A stretch of 64,000 nucleotides of DNA, taken from IMG/VR virus record IMGVR_UViG_2871745582_000001, positions 1 to 64,000 of that record; one strand, written 5' to 3'. This document shows positions 48,903-58,367 of the stretch, in pieces (the first letter of the stretch is position 1; each line of letters begins with the position of its first letter). Source of the stretch: a virus (lineage: Duplodnaviria; Caudoviricetes). The translations under genes were made by a program, and so were the position numbers. The notes beneath the pieces are model-generated. The model was not told where the DNA came from and made no database searches. It saw only the letters and a program-made list of their open reading frames with translations.

Positions 48903-49334
48903 TCAGATGACATGAGCACCTCTTTCCTGTGCTGCTTGTGGTTTTGAATAATCAGGTTCGCCATGATAAACAGGACAGACATAGCCGCCTATCTCACCCG
49001 CGATTCGCCTGGCGCATGATTCTGGCCCGCTATGAGAGTGAACCCTGAAGCATTCTTCATCCGTATCCGGGTGATAAGTGATCCAGTAAGCCGGATGGCT
49101 AAATTTTTCCCGAAGCGCCTGCAGCTCTTTTTCCAGCTGGCTTGCCCGCGCACACCATTTAGCTTCACCCTCCGCCATATCAGCAGCCGATCGCTCAGAA
49201 GCCCTTAAATTTATTGCCGCGTTGATAAGCCTTTCATCGGCATTTAGCAGCATTTTTGCCATCATGGCGACTTCTTCCTTTGATGCCTGGCTGCCATCCT
49301 CAGAAAAAAGTGTAATAGTCTCTTTATCAATCAT
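48903..49334 (-). CDS. Hypothetical phage protein
   Basis: Translationally coupled ORF. Confidence 0.55.
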   Translation of the reverse strand: MIDKETITLFSEDGSQASKEEVAMMAKMLLNADERLINAAINLRASERSAADMAEGEAKWCARASQLEKELQALREKFSHPAYWITYHPDTDEECFRVHSHSGPESCARRIAGEIGGYVCPVYHGEPDYSKPQAAQERGAHVI

Positions 49335-50389
49335 GATGCTTTATCCATATCCACCAGCGCGATCGGCTCCAGCTGGTTATCGTCGCTGTTTCCGAAGCGC
49401 TGGCACTCATCAAGACGGAATTTGCCGGCATAGTTTGGATCTTTGGTGTAGCCGTTAAACCCTGAGCGATGGTAGAGCTGGTGCTCAGTATTAAAGACGC
49501 GATACAGCTGCTCATCTGGCTTGAAAAGCAGGCCTTTCAGCTGGTGGGCGCGCAGAAAATCCATCTTGGTTACGGCATCGGAAAGCAGAGATTCCAGGCG
49601 CTGGCGGCGGCGGCGCTCGTTGCGTTTCATGCGGAGATTCTCCGGCACCGACGTGTACAGGTCAAAGCTGGCCTGATTGGCCCAGTCATACTTGCCGGTG
49701 ATCACCCACCACATATTGTTGATATTGTAATACGCCGTTCCGGTCTGGACGCGGCCTTTCCAGTCAAAGAAATAGACACGCTGGCCGTGCGCCAGCGACT
49801 TGCCATCGGCGGATCCCCGGTTGGAATCACTGATTCCGTAAGTTGTCAGGTCGCCTTTAAAATGCCAGCTTTCTTTGTATTGTTGCTCCAGCCAGTGCAT
49901 GGCAGTGATGCCGCCGGGACCAACGTTACGCCTTGATCTGCCCTGATAATCGTCAACGGTATAATCTGTAAATACGGTGGTCAGGTACTTGATAATTGCG
50001 TTACGGGTGCGGCGCATCTCCATCAGTATGAGGAAAGGCATGTGCTTTTCCTTATCAGATTGGTAGCGACCATCGTGATCGGGGCGGTCTGGCGCGTTGA
50101 CGTTCTGGAAAAATTCAAGCTCGATGCAGCAGCCGGAAATTTTCAGGTCAGCCTTTAAATCCCCCTTTACGCAAAAGCGGAAGCGGCGCGCAAACCCAAT
50201 GCCGTACTGCTGCACTTTTTCTTGCGGGACAGATAAAGACCAGCCCAGACGGTTCATTTTCTGGATGATGCGCTTAAACACCTGCTGTTTGAATTTGTCC
50301 TCAGACGGATCGCACAGCGAAATGCCCTCTTCCCGTATAAACAGAGCGGCGTCAGTAAGACGGATTTTGCCGGTTCTTTCGATTTTCAT
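49331..50389 (-). CDS. Hypothetical phage protein
   Basis: 352-aa ORF (GTAYYNINNMWWV). Confidence 0.7.
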   Translation of the reverse strand: MKIERTGKIRLTDAALFIREEGISLCDPSEDKFKQQVFKRIIQKMNRLGWSLSVPQEKVQQYGIGFARRFRFCVKGDLKADLKISGCCIELEFFQNVNAPDRPDHDGRYQSDKEKHMPFLILMEMRRTRNAIIKYLTTVFTDYTVDDYQGRSRRNVGPGGITAMHWLEQQYKESWHFKGDLTTYGISDSNRGSADGKSLAHGQRVYFFDWKGRVQTGTAYYNINNMWWVITGKYDWANQASFDLYTSVPENLRMKRNERRRRQRLESLLSDAVTKMDFLRAHQLKGLLFKPDEQLYRVFNTEHQLYHRSGFNGYTKDPNYAGKFRLDECQRFGNSDDNQLEPIALVDMDKAS

Positions 50390-50952
50390 TGTGGCTTCTC
50401 CACCAGCACCAGGCGGCCATCCATCAGGGCTTCTTTGATGGCATTAAATTCCCAGCAGTAAATGTTGGCGTCCACGTATATACGCAGCTCCCGGTAGTCA
50501 TGCCGTTTACGTTTGATGTAAGCCTCAGCAGCTTCGCGCGTGAAGTGAGAATTGACGTATCGCCATTCTTCGGCATAACCCGTGACGGTGTGATCTTCCA
50601 GTTCGCTCAGAACGTCCCACTGAACTTTAGGTGTAGCTTTCAGGAATGTGTCGCCATCGGTTAAAAGCCGTGCCTTGGCGTTTAACTTTTTACGGAGACT
50701 GGTGCCAGCATCTTTCCAGTAATCAACTGGTGAAAACCATTCGTGCTCGTGGCAAATAACGATTAGGTCATCCGTGTAATCGGTATCGATGCCTGTGACG
50801 ATGCGTTTTTGTTCAACGTTGAAAATTGCGTCGGCGGTGCAGTGGTCGTTAACACCTTCGCCGCGTGCGTGATATTCCAGGCGGGTGATGAAATCCGCGA
50901 ATGTTTCCGGCGTCAGGCGCGAGCCTGTGGCCAGCGTTTCTGTTGTGCTCAT
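50386..50952 (-). CDS. Conserved phage protein (Ead/Ea22-associated type)
   Basis: HCTADAIF and VNSHFTREAAEAYI motifs. Confidence 0.65.
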   Translation of the reverse strand: MSTTETLATGSRLTPETFADFITRLEYHARGEGVNDHCTADAIFNVEQKRIVTGIDTDYTDDLIVICHEHEWFSPVDYWKDAGTSLRKKLNAKARLLTDGDTFLKATPKVQWDVLSELEDHTVTGYAEEWRYVNSHFTREAAEAYIKRKRHDYRELRIYVDANIYCWEFNAIKEALMDGRLVLVEKPQ

Positions 50953-51128
50953 CCTTACCCCTGTGATTGATTGCTGCTGTTACGCTGAGTTAAAAATCTG
51001 CATTTATTAGTAAGGGCGCGCTGCGTGAAATCTGGCGGGTAATACCCCTGATTGCTTCCCAGAATTCACGTAGCGACGCCAAATGATCATTGATCAGATC
51101 ACGGTTAAAAACCCCGCAACCCCTTGCA

Positions 51129-51144
51129 CTGTATGGATAAACAG
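51129..51144. promoter_or_regulatory. LexA box upstream of the leftward operon ending in cre
   Basis: CTGTATGGATAAACAG. Confidence 0.8.
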
Positions 51145-51174
51145 CCCTCAGTGATCATAAAACCGCCCTTTTAA

Positions 51175-51208
51175 ATTCCTTCGTATAATTGGAGCTATAC
51201 GAAGTAAT
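51175..51208. other. lox-like recombination site
   Basis: ATTCCTTCGTATA-ATTGGAGC-TATACGAAGTAAT (13-8-13). Confidence 0.88.
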
Positions 51209-51324
51209 CCATGCCGGTGAGGATACAGACCCTCTTGCGTGCCGTCCATAATAATATGGAATTTTTTAGAGCAATGCATTATCGCCTTGCTGATTGCAAA
51301 ATGACCACATACGGAAATCGTGAA

Positions 51325-51353
51325 TTGACTGTAGCTCTAATCAAATATAATTT
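51325..51353 (+). promoter_or_regulatory. sigma70 promoter with an overlapping C1-like operator for the RNA cluster
   Basis: TTGACT...TATAAT/TAATTT with GTAGCTCTAATCAAAT in the spacer; second operator at 51259-51275. Confidence 0.6.
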
Positions 51354-51482
51354 ACGAACGGTCGGCAACGCAGGATGCGTTACTAAGCGCCAGGATGGCC
51401 GCCAGCAGTTCTGTAACATCAGGTGACCAGCCTACGGGCCTCCTTCACGTCTGCCAGTACGTGGATCAATACTGGCAACCCT

Positions 51483-51558
51483 GGCTCCTTAGCTCAGTTG
51501 GTAGAGCGGCACGTTGAAGGCGTGCGCGTCGCTGGTTCAATTCCAGCAGGAGCCACCA
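51483..51558 (+). tRNA. tRNA-Phe(GAA)
   Basis: Cloverleaf; anticodon arm GCACG-TTGAAGG-CGTGC; GTTCAA; CCA end. Confidence 0.88.
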
Positions 51559-51777
51559 TCATTAAGCGCACTATCAAACATCTTCGGCCTGGCGAAGTGG
51601 CGTAAAAGCTGGTGGTAGTGCGCTTAATGATGGGTGATTGCGGCCATGCGGCGCATTGAAGTAAAGGTTCCGCCCGGATCCTGACCTGATATGTCCCGCT
51701 GGCCACCAGCATCTATCCGGGTGACGCTTCCCGACAGACGTCCGCGCCCACTGCGCAGTGTGGGGAATACTGATTAT

Positions 51778-51852
51778 GGGTAGGTCGTATAAAGGCTATT
51801 ACGGTTGGCTGTTAACCAACTTATCCGGGTTCGAATCCCGGCCTTCCCGCCA
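51778..51852 (+). tRNA. tRNA-Asn(GTT)
   Basis: GTTGG-CTGTTAA-CCAAC; GTTCGAATC; CCA end; one acceptor-stem mismatch. Confidence 0.82.
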
Positions 51853-51961
51853 ACACAACAGGTAAGCAGCCTGACGAATGAACCGCCTGGCGGGGCGCTC
51901 GTGTTGTGAAACAGGCTGCTTTCCGTTGTGAAGATTTCCGCCTCTCCTACGGGGATCTGCT

Positions 51962-52034
51962 GGTGGCGTAGCATAACTAGTAATGCAGGACGTCATAAAC
52001 CCGCATATCGGTGCAAATCCGATCGCCACCACAC
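51962..52034 (+). pseudogene. Degenerate tRNA (CAT in loop, broken anticodon stem)
   Basis: Acceptor GGTGGCG/CGCCACC, D and T arms pair; anticodon stem does not. Confidence 0.6.
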
Positions 52035-52385
52035 AACACACAACGGTGAGAGCCCTGCATTGGTCATGACAGATGAGCCATTGGCAGCAATAGCAAAGAA
52101 GCTGCGCCTGGTTAGCCAGTGCTCTCAACCGTTGTGGTGATTAAAGCCCGGCAACCTTTCACGTTGCGCAGGGGAAACAGTCAGAGCGCGGACTGGAGGG
52201 AAACGGCGTTACTGCGGCATGAAAGGGTCGCCACTACAACACTAACCCGCAGGCTGGTTCAGTCTTCATAGACCATCAGTGCCTGCGCCGGATGGGGTAA
52301 CCGGCACACAATGGTGAGAGGGCTGAACAACAGGCGAGAACCGGCTAACCCGTAATGCCATCCGGTCGGGCAGCTCTCTCAACCA

Positions 52386-52529
52386 TTGTGGTGAATGCGC
52401 AGGCTGAAGCGCCATGTATGGGTGGTTCGACAATCGGCATTGCCATCCAGAGGCGACCTTTGCCGGATAGGTTGACGCCCCTGCGAGTATCTGGAAACGA
52501 ACGCCGGAGACCAGCACCGGCCACCACAA
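52386..52529 (+). ncRNA. tRNA-shaped RNA with large variable insert
   Basis: TTGTGGTG/CACCACAA closing stem, GCGCAGGCTGAAGCGC arm, GCCGGAGACCAGCACCGGC arm. Confidence 0.6.
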
Positions 52530-52604
52530 ACCAATTTGCACGGCCGGAGAGCTGGCCAGCGTGAAAGCGACTGCCGGGAATAAGCGCCGGCGTGCAAACA
52601 TTCT

Positions 52605-52680
52605 GGCCCTTTAGCTCAGCGGTTAGAGCAGGCGGCTCATAACCGCTTTGTCGCCGGTTCAAACCCGGCAAGGGCCACCA
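52605..52680 (+). tRNA. tRNA-Ile2(CAT), ileX-like
   Basis: GGCCCTTTAGCTCAG...CTCATAA...GGGCCACCA. Confidence 0.9.
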
Positions 52681-53116
52681 GCTTTTGCAGCCAGGCTGAC
52701 AACGTACTGTCGTAAACACTGCATTCCTCAATGAGTTGGCTAACTTGAGGCGGGGGCACTCCCTGTAATGTAGGTCCGACCTGCGGACGAGACGAGTGAT
52801 AGCCGTCCATCTGGTAAGTGGCTTAGTGCCTGCAACTGGATGGAATGGCAAGGGTGACGGGCGGAGAGAGTGCCGCACACAACGGAAAGAGCATTGATGA
52901 GTTGACGCCAGACCCAACGCTTAACGGCGTCAGGGATAGGATACAAATGAACAATGCTCTTCCCGTTGTGGTGACACAACAGATAGTTTTCATCAGGCAA
53001 TGCGGCTGTTTTTATCATCTAAAGATAAATGCAAACGATGATCTGATGTTGGCAGCGGCCTAAGAAACCAAACGCCACGGGGTATTCCAGTTCCCCGCCA
53101 CCGAATCTGGCGCACT

Positions 53117-53187
53117 GGCCCGGTGTGATTCCGAATGGGCACTTACTCAAACGTACCCTCGGCGGGTTCGATTCCCGACTAGGCCCG
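53117..53187 (+). pseudogene. Degenerate tRNA-like element
   Basis: T arm CGGGTTCGATTCCCG and partial acceptor stem; no clear anticodon arm. Confidence 0.4.
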
Positions 53188-53374
53188 GACGGCGACGGGG
53201 AGGGTCCATTTGAGTGGGTAACAACGGGCATATCGCCTTAGTAAATCCCGCATCGGTGCTGGGTTAATCGCCAGCCGTCCGCTCCACGAAACGGAGCACA
53301 CAACAGGCAAGAGCATTAACACCTGGCCGATGCATTCAATCAGAACGAGTGCATATTGGTTTAGTGCTCTTGCC

Positions 53375-53499
53375 GTTGTGGCGATTGCGCCTGCTGAGGC
53401 GACCCCGGAACGCGGCCGATCCCGAGGGGTGGAAGTGGCGAATATCGGGAAAAGAAGGCACTGCATTCCCTGCCGGAGATCAGCCCCGGCCGTCACAAC
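53375..53499 (+). ncRNA. Second tRNA-shaped RNA with variable insert
   Basis: GTTGTGGCG/CGTCACAAC stem, CGCCTGCTGAGGCG arm, GCCGGAGATCAGCCCCGGC arm. Confidence 0.6.
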
Positions 53500-53748
53500 T
53501 CAGGCCCGTAATTGTTATGCCAGTGATCCCTGCTGGTGGCCGTAAGTGGGGCATATGGCACATGTGGGCGCGGAGTCAGGCCGATAAACCTTTTTCGGCT
53601 ATATGGTTATCCGATTAAAGCAGAATGTGTAAGCCAGGGCTTTTCTGTTCTGCCTATTGAGCGCTTAGACAGCGCGGCGATTCGTCTTGACGGCTGGAAG
53701 AGACAGCAAACAACAGTTAAGCGCACTGCGCCAGGAAAGGCAGCGCGC

Positions 53749-54012
53749 TTAACTATTCTTTTTGGCGTTGTAAAAACCCAGGATGATTTGCGCCAGCTCA
53801 TCTTCATCTTCAGGCGTGTAGAGGTATGACACAGGAACGTTGAGAACCCGGGCAATTTTTCGCGCTGTGTCAAACGAAGGGCTATTGGTTCCGCTCTCGT
53901 AATAGGAAATGCGGGAGCGGGCAGTAGATTCATCGATCCCCACCAGCACCCCTAATTTTTCCTGAGTTAAATTGGCCCTGTGACGAGCCTCTCTGAGTCG
54001 GGCTGGAACCAT
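53749..54012 (-). CDS. XRE-family HTH regulator
   Basis: RLREAR...LTQEKLG...RISYYESG. Confidence 0.88.
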   Translation of the reverse strand: MVPARLREARHRANLTQEKLGVLVGIDESTARSRISYYESGTNSPSFDTARKIARVLNVPVSYLYTPEDEDELAQIILGFYNAKKNS

Positions 54013-54153
54013 GATAATGCGCCTAAATTAATTTGCCGCATGTTTACCACGACTTCCCAAAAATTGTGTTGAGAATCCATCAACCCTTGATGTTGAGAAA
54101 AAATCAACCTTTTCAAAAACATCAAAATTACTTAGACTCAGAGCCATCTTTTA

Positions 54154-54169
54154 CTGTATAAAAACACAG
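54154..54169. promoter_or_regulatory. LexA box upstream of coi
   Basis: CTGTATAAAAACACAG. Confidence 0.8.
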
Positions 54170-54375
54170 GTTTTAACTGCAATTTTTCTGTAAAATTCTT
54201 TGCAGTTTCTTACACGCACTCTTATGATGGGCTCGGTTCCAAAATAAGACGAATCTGATGTTTTGTACGCTTTCTGAAAGGAATGAACCGAATGATCGGG
54301 GAAGTAAGTTTTCAACAATCTGCCTTTAACCACAGCCACAAAGCCAATGGCGTGCATCACTTCAATGGAACAGTA

Positions 54376-54591
54376 ATGGTCACCTCTTTCCCCACAGCTG
54401 ACGATGTCATTTCTTATTCTAAAAAATTATTTATTGACTTGAATCATCCTGCTGCTGCCACTGCCATTACAAAGCATTACCTTATCTTAACAGGCCGCTA
54501 TAATGCGCCTCGCAAAGAAAAAGCAGCCATAGAGACGGCCATGCGCTCAGTTATTAGCCTGCTGGTTACGAATCCTCCGAAACCGCTCTAA
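54376..54591 (+). CDS. coi: C1 inactivator
   Basis: PTADDV...AITKHY...LVTN resembles P1 Coi; immediately before c1. Confidence 0.7.
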   Translation: MVTSFPTADDVISYSKKLFIDLNHPAAATAITKHYLILTGRYNAPRKEKAAIETAMRSVISLLVTNPPKPL

Positions 54592-54670
54592 AAAAAACAA
54601 TTTTTTAGAGATCTTATTCTGACAACGATCTACTATTGCCCGACAACAGATACTAATTTTGGAGCATATA

Positions 54671-55519
54671 GTGGTCGATTACATCAAGGGTGAAACGCTT
54701 TATCGCGAATTCATTGAATTCCGTTATGGCTTCATTAGCCGTGCTATCGCGCGCGCGAGCCATACTGATGTTACCAGCGACGGTCGCCAGGTGCGGCCGG
54801 TTGTTGTTTTACCCTTCCGCGAAGTTGAAAAGATTCAGGTTGAGATCGACCGGTGGTCTGCGCTGGTGGCTGAACTTGAGCAATACCCGGATCTGGGCAT
54901 CCCTAAAACTCTGCTCTACCCCATCCCGGCTATCATTCGCGGAGTGCGCAAGGCTACGGCTTACAATACAGAAGCTATTAACAGCCGGAACGTTACCGCT
55001 GGCCACCTTGTTCATCTCATTGATAAAGACATCCGCGGACAGAAAAAAGGGCCAGTGACTCCTGCGGCAGAGGCCTACATTGCCAGCCTTGAGAAGGCAC
55101 GCAAACAGCTCGCTTCTTACCCGGACGATGAGCCTATGCGCATGCGTATTCACGGCTACCGCGAAACGTTGCTGAACCTCAATTACATATCCACCAGCCC
55201 CAACTATAAAAATGGCCGGAAACAGTCCTATCACGTCCCGGCATGCGGCGTATTCATCTGCGATGAGACCTTGCGTGATGGCCTGACAATTGGCCCCAGC
55301 ACTGAAAAGCAGCCATACAGCGTTTACGATGCTGTCGAGCCGATCACCTGCAGCCGCTGGCCAACAGCGAAAATTTACCGCACCGCTGATATTGAAGAGG
55401 TCAAAGCCTCCCGCACAGACGGCGCGGATGCAGAAACGCCTAAATCACTGACAGAATCCCCGCGCGCTCATAAGGCGTCCCGCAAAATTAAAACCGCTCT
55501 GCCAGTAAGCGGGCAGTAA
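54671..55519 (+). CDS. c1: C1 primary repressor
   Basis: DGRQVRPVVVLPF, ELEQYPDL and CGVFICDETLRDG, as in P1 C1. Confidence 0.93.
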   Translation: MVDYIKGETLYREFIEFRYGFISRAIARASHTDVTSDGRQVRPVVVLPFREVEKIQVEIDRWSALVAELEQYPDLGIPKTLLYPIPAIIRGVRKATAYNTEAINSRNVTAGHLVHLIDKDIRGQKKGPVTPAAEAYIASLEKARKQLASYPDDEPMRMRIHGYRETLLNLNYISTSPNYKNGRKQSYHVPACGVFICDETLRDGLTIGPSTEKQPYSVYDAVEPITCSRWPTAKIYRTADIEEVKASRTDGADAETPKSLTESPRAHKASRKIKTALPVSGQ

Positions 55520-55525
55520 GCCCGC

Positions 55526-57010
55526 TTATTCATTCAGCCATGCCAGCGCCTCGTCATATTTACTCTCATCATCTGTAGTCAGCACTTCAGAACGTGCAAC
55601 GTAGTTTGCTAGCATAGAAAAGCAGTACGTATCCCACCGGTCCGGCGATTTCAGGTTGAGTTTCTTCTTCATGTCCTCTTTGGTCATGACCTTCCACTGA
55701 CCCGCCGGATTAATGCCTGCCGGCATCTTCGAAGCCTGGTCAATCGTGTCGCCGCCTTTATCAATGCGCATGCGCCCTTCTCTGACGGCATTTGCCGCCA
55801 TGACGTTGGCGTAGGCGCGCTGATCGAAGAAGCGGCTCTTGTCTTCTCGGCTGAACATTTTCTTACCCCAGCGAATGCGCTGGACCGTGATGCCGTGCTT
55901 TTCATAAAGCAGGTTTGCCGTGTCGGCGCCGAGGCCGTCGCCGTCGATCGCGATGCTGATATTCGGGTAACGGTCCGGGCTGCATTCGGCAAAGATATAA
56001 TCCGCCAGGCGGGTGGGTGTGACGTCCGAATACTCCAGAAGCTTATGGGCGATTACGCGGCGCTTCTCACGCTCTCCGGACACCATCATGATATTGATAA
56101 TGGATTTATCCCGCCCTGTACCGCCAGAGACGTCTACGCACGCGATCCACCCCCAGCCCTTCGCTATCTTCACCTTCCGGCGAGATGCCCGTTCAACCTC
56201 ATCACGGCCCAGCAGGAAGCCATCCTGTGATTTAGGGAACAGGCCGCGGACCTTGATAAGGTATTCGGGCCGATCGCGGCCGCCGTACTCCGCCAGCTTC
56301 ATTTTGATAAAGTCCGGGTCCACCAGTGGCGACTCTTCGGAGTTCAGAGTAATGCTGGTGTAAATGCCGTCCGGGTTTTGCGGCGTCCTGGCGAGCTTAT
56401 GGTGCGTATCGTAAAAGTAGCCACTCGGGCGGGTGGGCTGTGACAGCAACAGGATCCGGTTATCTGCGCCCGTAAGCGCGCCGGTCATGATGCCGAAAGC
56501 CTTATCTGATACGCCCGATGCCTCATCGATAATATACAGCAGGTGATCGGCGTGCTCGCCCGCCAGCGCTTCTTCGTTGCCCAGACGGAAGCCTTTCGGG
56601 ATCACCGTCCAGACGCCTTTGCGCGTTATTTCATAAAAAGACGTTTCGGTGAGGACGAAGTATTCATTGAGCCAGGGGAACCGGCTGACGGCTGTTGACC
56701 AGTTTATTTTGATGTACTTGAAAATACCGGTCATCACCTGCTGGATTTTGTTGGCCACAATGATGACGCGGGCGTCCGGGTACAGGATGATGTAGAGCAT
56801 GATCATGATACTGGTCATGTCTGATTTGCCGGTGCCGTGCCCGGACGCCACAGTGGTTTTGCTCTTCGTCTCCTGGACCGACTCAATAATCAGATCCTGC
56901 TGCCATGTGGGCGTCTTGCCGAAGAGTACATCCGCGGCGCTTATCCAGTCATAGCGAAAGCGGGTGACCAGCTCGCGCCAGCGCGGGTCTGTAACGATGC
57001 TCTTGGCCAT
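55526..57010 (-). CDS. pacB: Terminase large subunit
   Basis: [15 protein letters not shown] and SPDRWD motifs. Confidence 0.93.
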   Translation of the reverse strand: MAKSIVTDPRWRELVTRFRYDWISAADVLFGKTPTWQQDLIIESVQETKSKTTVASGHGTGKSDMTSIMIMLYIILYPDARVIIVANKIQQVMTGIFKYIKINWSTAVSRFPWLNEYFVLTETSFYEITRKGVWTVIPKGFRLGNEEALAGEHADHLLYIIDEASGVSDKAFGIMTGALTGADNRILLLSQPTRPSGYFYDTHHKLARTPQNPDGIYTSITLNSEESPLVDPDFIKMKLAEYGGRDRPEYLIKVRGLFPKSQDGFLLGRDEVERASRRKVKIAKGWGWIACVDVSGGTGRDKSIINIMMVSGEREKRRVIAHKLLEYSDVTPTRLADYIFAECSPDRYPNISIAIDGDGLGADTANLLYEKHGITVQRIRWGKKMFSREDKSRFFDQRAYANVMAANAVREGRMRIDKGGDTIDQASKMPAGINPAGQWKVMTKEDMKKKLNLKSPDRWDTYCFSMLANYVARSEVLTTDDESKYDEALAWLNE

Positions 57011-58209
57011 CAGTCATCGTCCCCATACAGCTCGCGCGTTACGTCCTCATCTTCCTCTTCATCTTCATCAAGCTCCTGCGCCAGCCAGGCTTCGTTGGCC
57101 TCACCGTTTATGTCCACGTCCCCATGGCCACCACGATCGACGATGTCGTCGATGTCATCCCGGCGCTGCTCTAACCACAGCGTTGTATCCACGCGGCGGG
57201 CCTGCGCCCGCTCCCTGGCTGCGCGGTCCAGATCCTCAAGGGACGGTGCGCCGGCGGCCGTTTGCTGCTCCTCGTCGCTGGATTCGCTTTCTCGCGGAAA
57301 CTTCAGCTCATTGCGCACCAGCTCCATCAGGAAGGGTGGAACCTTTCCGCCGTTTTCCTCGATGTATGCTGCCGTATCCTGATCGCTCCAGCCGTGCTCG
57401 CGGCGTTTTTGATAAGCGAGCTTCACAACGCCGGCATTGCCCATCATGAAGGCGTGCTTTTCCTGCTCCCTGACCTCTTTACGGTAAGTGTTGCGGATGC
57501 CGTAGACGGTATTCACCAGGTTCACTATTTGCGCGGTGCAGTTGGCCAGCATATTCGCCATGCGGTGCTGTACCGGCGTGTCGTCACCCTCTCGTTTCAA
57601 ATCGTCGATGAGCTCCAGGCACGAGTCGCGCGCGGTCTCCAGCATGAGAAGATGGCAAAGCGTCTTCTCTATCAGCGTGATCTCCATGTGGTCGGCGCCA
57701 GTGCGTTTAAGCATGGCGCGCGCCTCCCGGGTTATTTCATCGTTATCAATGCGGAAGTCGGCCGCCTGAAACTCAAAATCCTTTCCCCGGTCTGCCCGAT
57801 CGCGCGCCAGCCGCTCTTTCATGGAGCGCTTGGCTCGGGTGATCACCTCATGGTCTTGATCATTGCCTTCCCTTACCTCCTCCACAGTGATCAGGGGGCC
57901 GTGTGTCGCCGCGCCGGTGGCGTCGCCGCCATCACGCTGATTATTAAGGAAATTGGCATGATCATGATCACGTCCGGCTTGATCGCTCTTTTGATCATTA
58001 CGGATGAGGGCTTTTATTTTTTTTGCGTGGCCTCGCACGGCTTTGTTCTTCACCACGCCATTACGCGCGGGGCTGGCATCCTTCTGAGACCGAAGATAGC
58101 GACGGGCTGTGTTGGGGTTTAGGCCGTATTCCTCAGCATATTGAGCAATGGTATAGCCGCCTTCACGAGACAGCTTTTCATAGTTCTTAATGTGGTCTTC
58201 CCAGGTCAT
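57010..58209 (-). CDS. pacA: Terminase small subunit
   Basis: [23 protein letters not shown]; acidic tail. Confidence 0.9.
   Translation of the reverse strand: MTWEDHIKNYEKLSREGGYTIAQYAEEYGLNPNTARRYLRSQKDASPARNGVVKNKAVRGHAKKIKALIRNDQKSDQAGRDHDHANFLNNQRDGGDATGAATHGPLITVEEVREGNDQDHEVITRAKRSMKERLARDRADRGKDFEFQAADFRIDNDEITREARAMLKRTGADHMEITLIEKTLCHLLMLETARDSCLELIDDLKREGDDTPVQHRMANMLANCTAQIVNLVNTVYGIRNTYRKEVREQEKHAFMMGNAGVVKLAYQKRREHGWSDQDTAAYIEENGGKVPPFLMELVRNELKFPRESESSDEEQQTAAGAPSLEDLDRAARERAQARRVDTTLWLEQRRDDIDDIVDRGGHGDVDINGEANEAWLAQELDEDEEEDEDVTRELYGDDD
57840..57998. other. pac site (TGATCA/G hexamer clusters within pacA)
   Basis: Seven TGATC(A/G) in two clusters flanking a spacer, as in P1 pac. 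Confidence 0.75.
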
Positions 58210-58367
58210 AGCTCTTGCAATCCTTTGCTTTAGTGCAGTGACGCTACCACATGTAATTTGTGAGTTTTCCTCTCTAAAAAATTGAAATTTACGCGCTATT
58301 TCATTGCTGGTATGATGTTATTTCGTAGAGCATTTACGATCATAACAATCAATCATGAGGTCCAAGA

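Larger units (their letters stand above)
51854..53380 (+). repeat. Five conserved inverted-repeat (RNase III-type) stems with variable loops
   Basis: CACAAC(A)GG-AGAGC...GCTCT-CCGTTGTG at 51854-51930, 52039-52136, 52307-52390, 52878-52970 and 53299-53380. Confidence 0.85.

Noticed and set aside
51854..53380. CRISPR array or mini-array
   Set aside because: The repeats are inverted pairs with irregular spacing, not direct repeats with uniform spacers, and no cas genes are present
51400..53700. Retron, DGR or group II intron RNA
   Set aside because: No reverse transcriptase is encoded in the window
51211..53933. Short ORFs called across the RNA cluster
   Set aside because: They overlap tRNAs and hairpins, lack RBS or recognisable motifs, and appear on both strands
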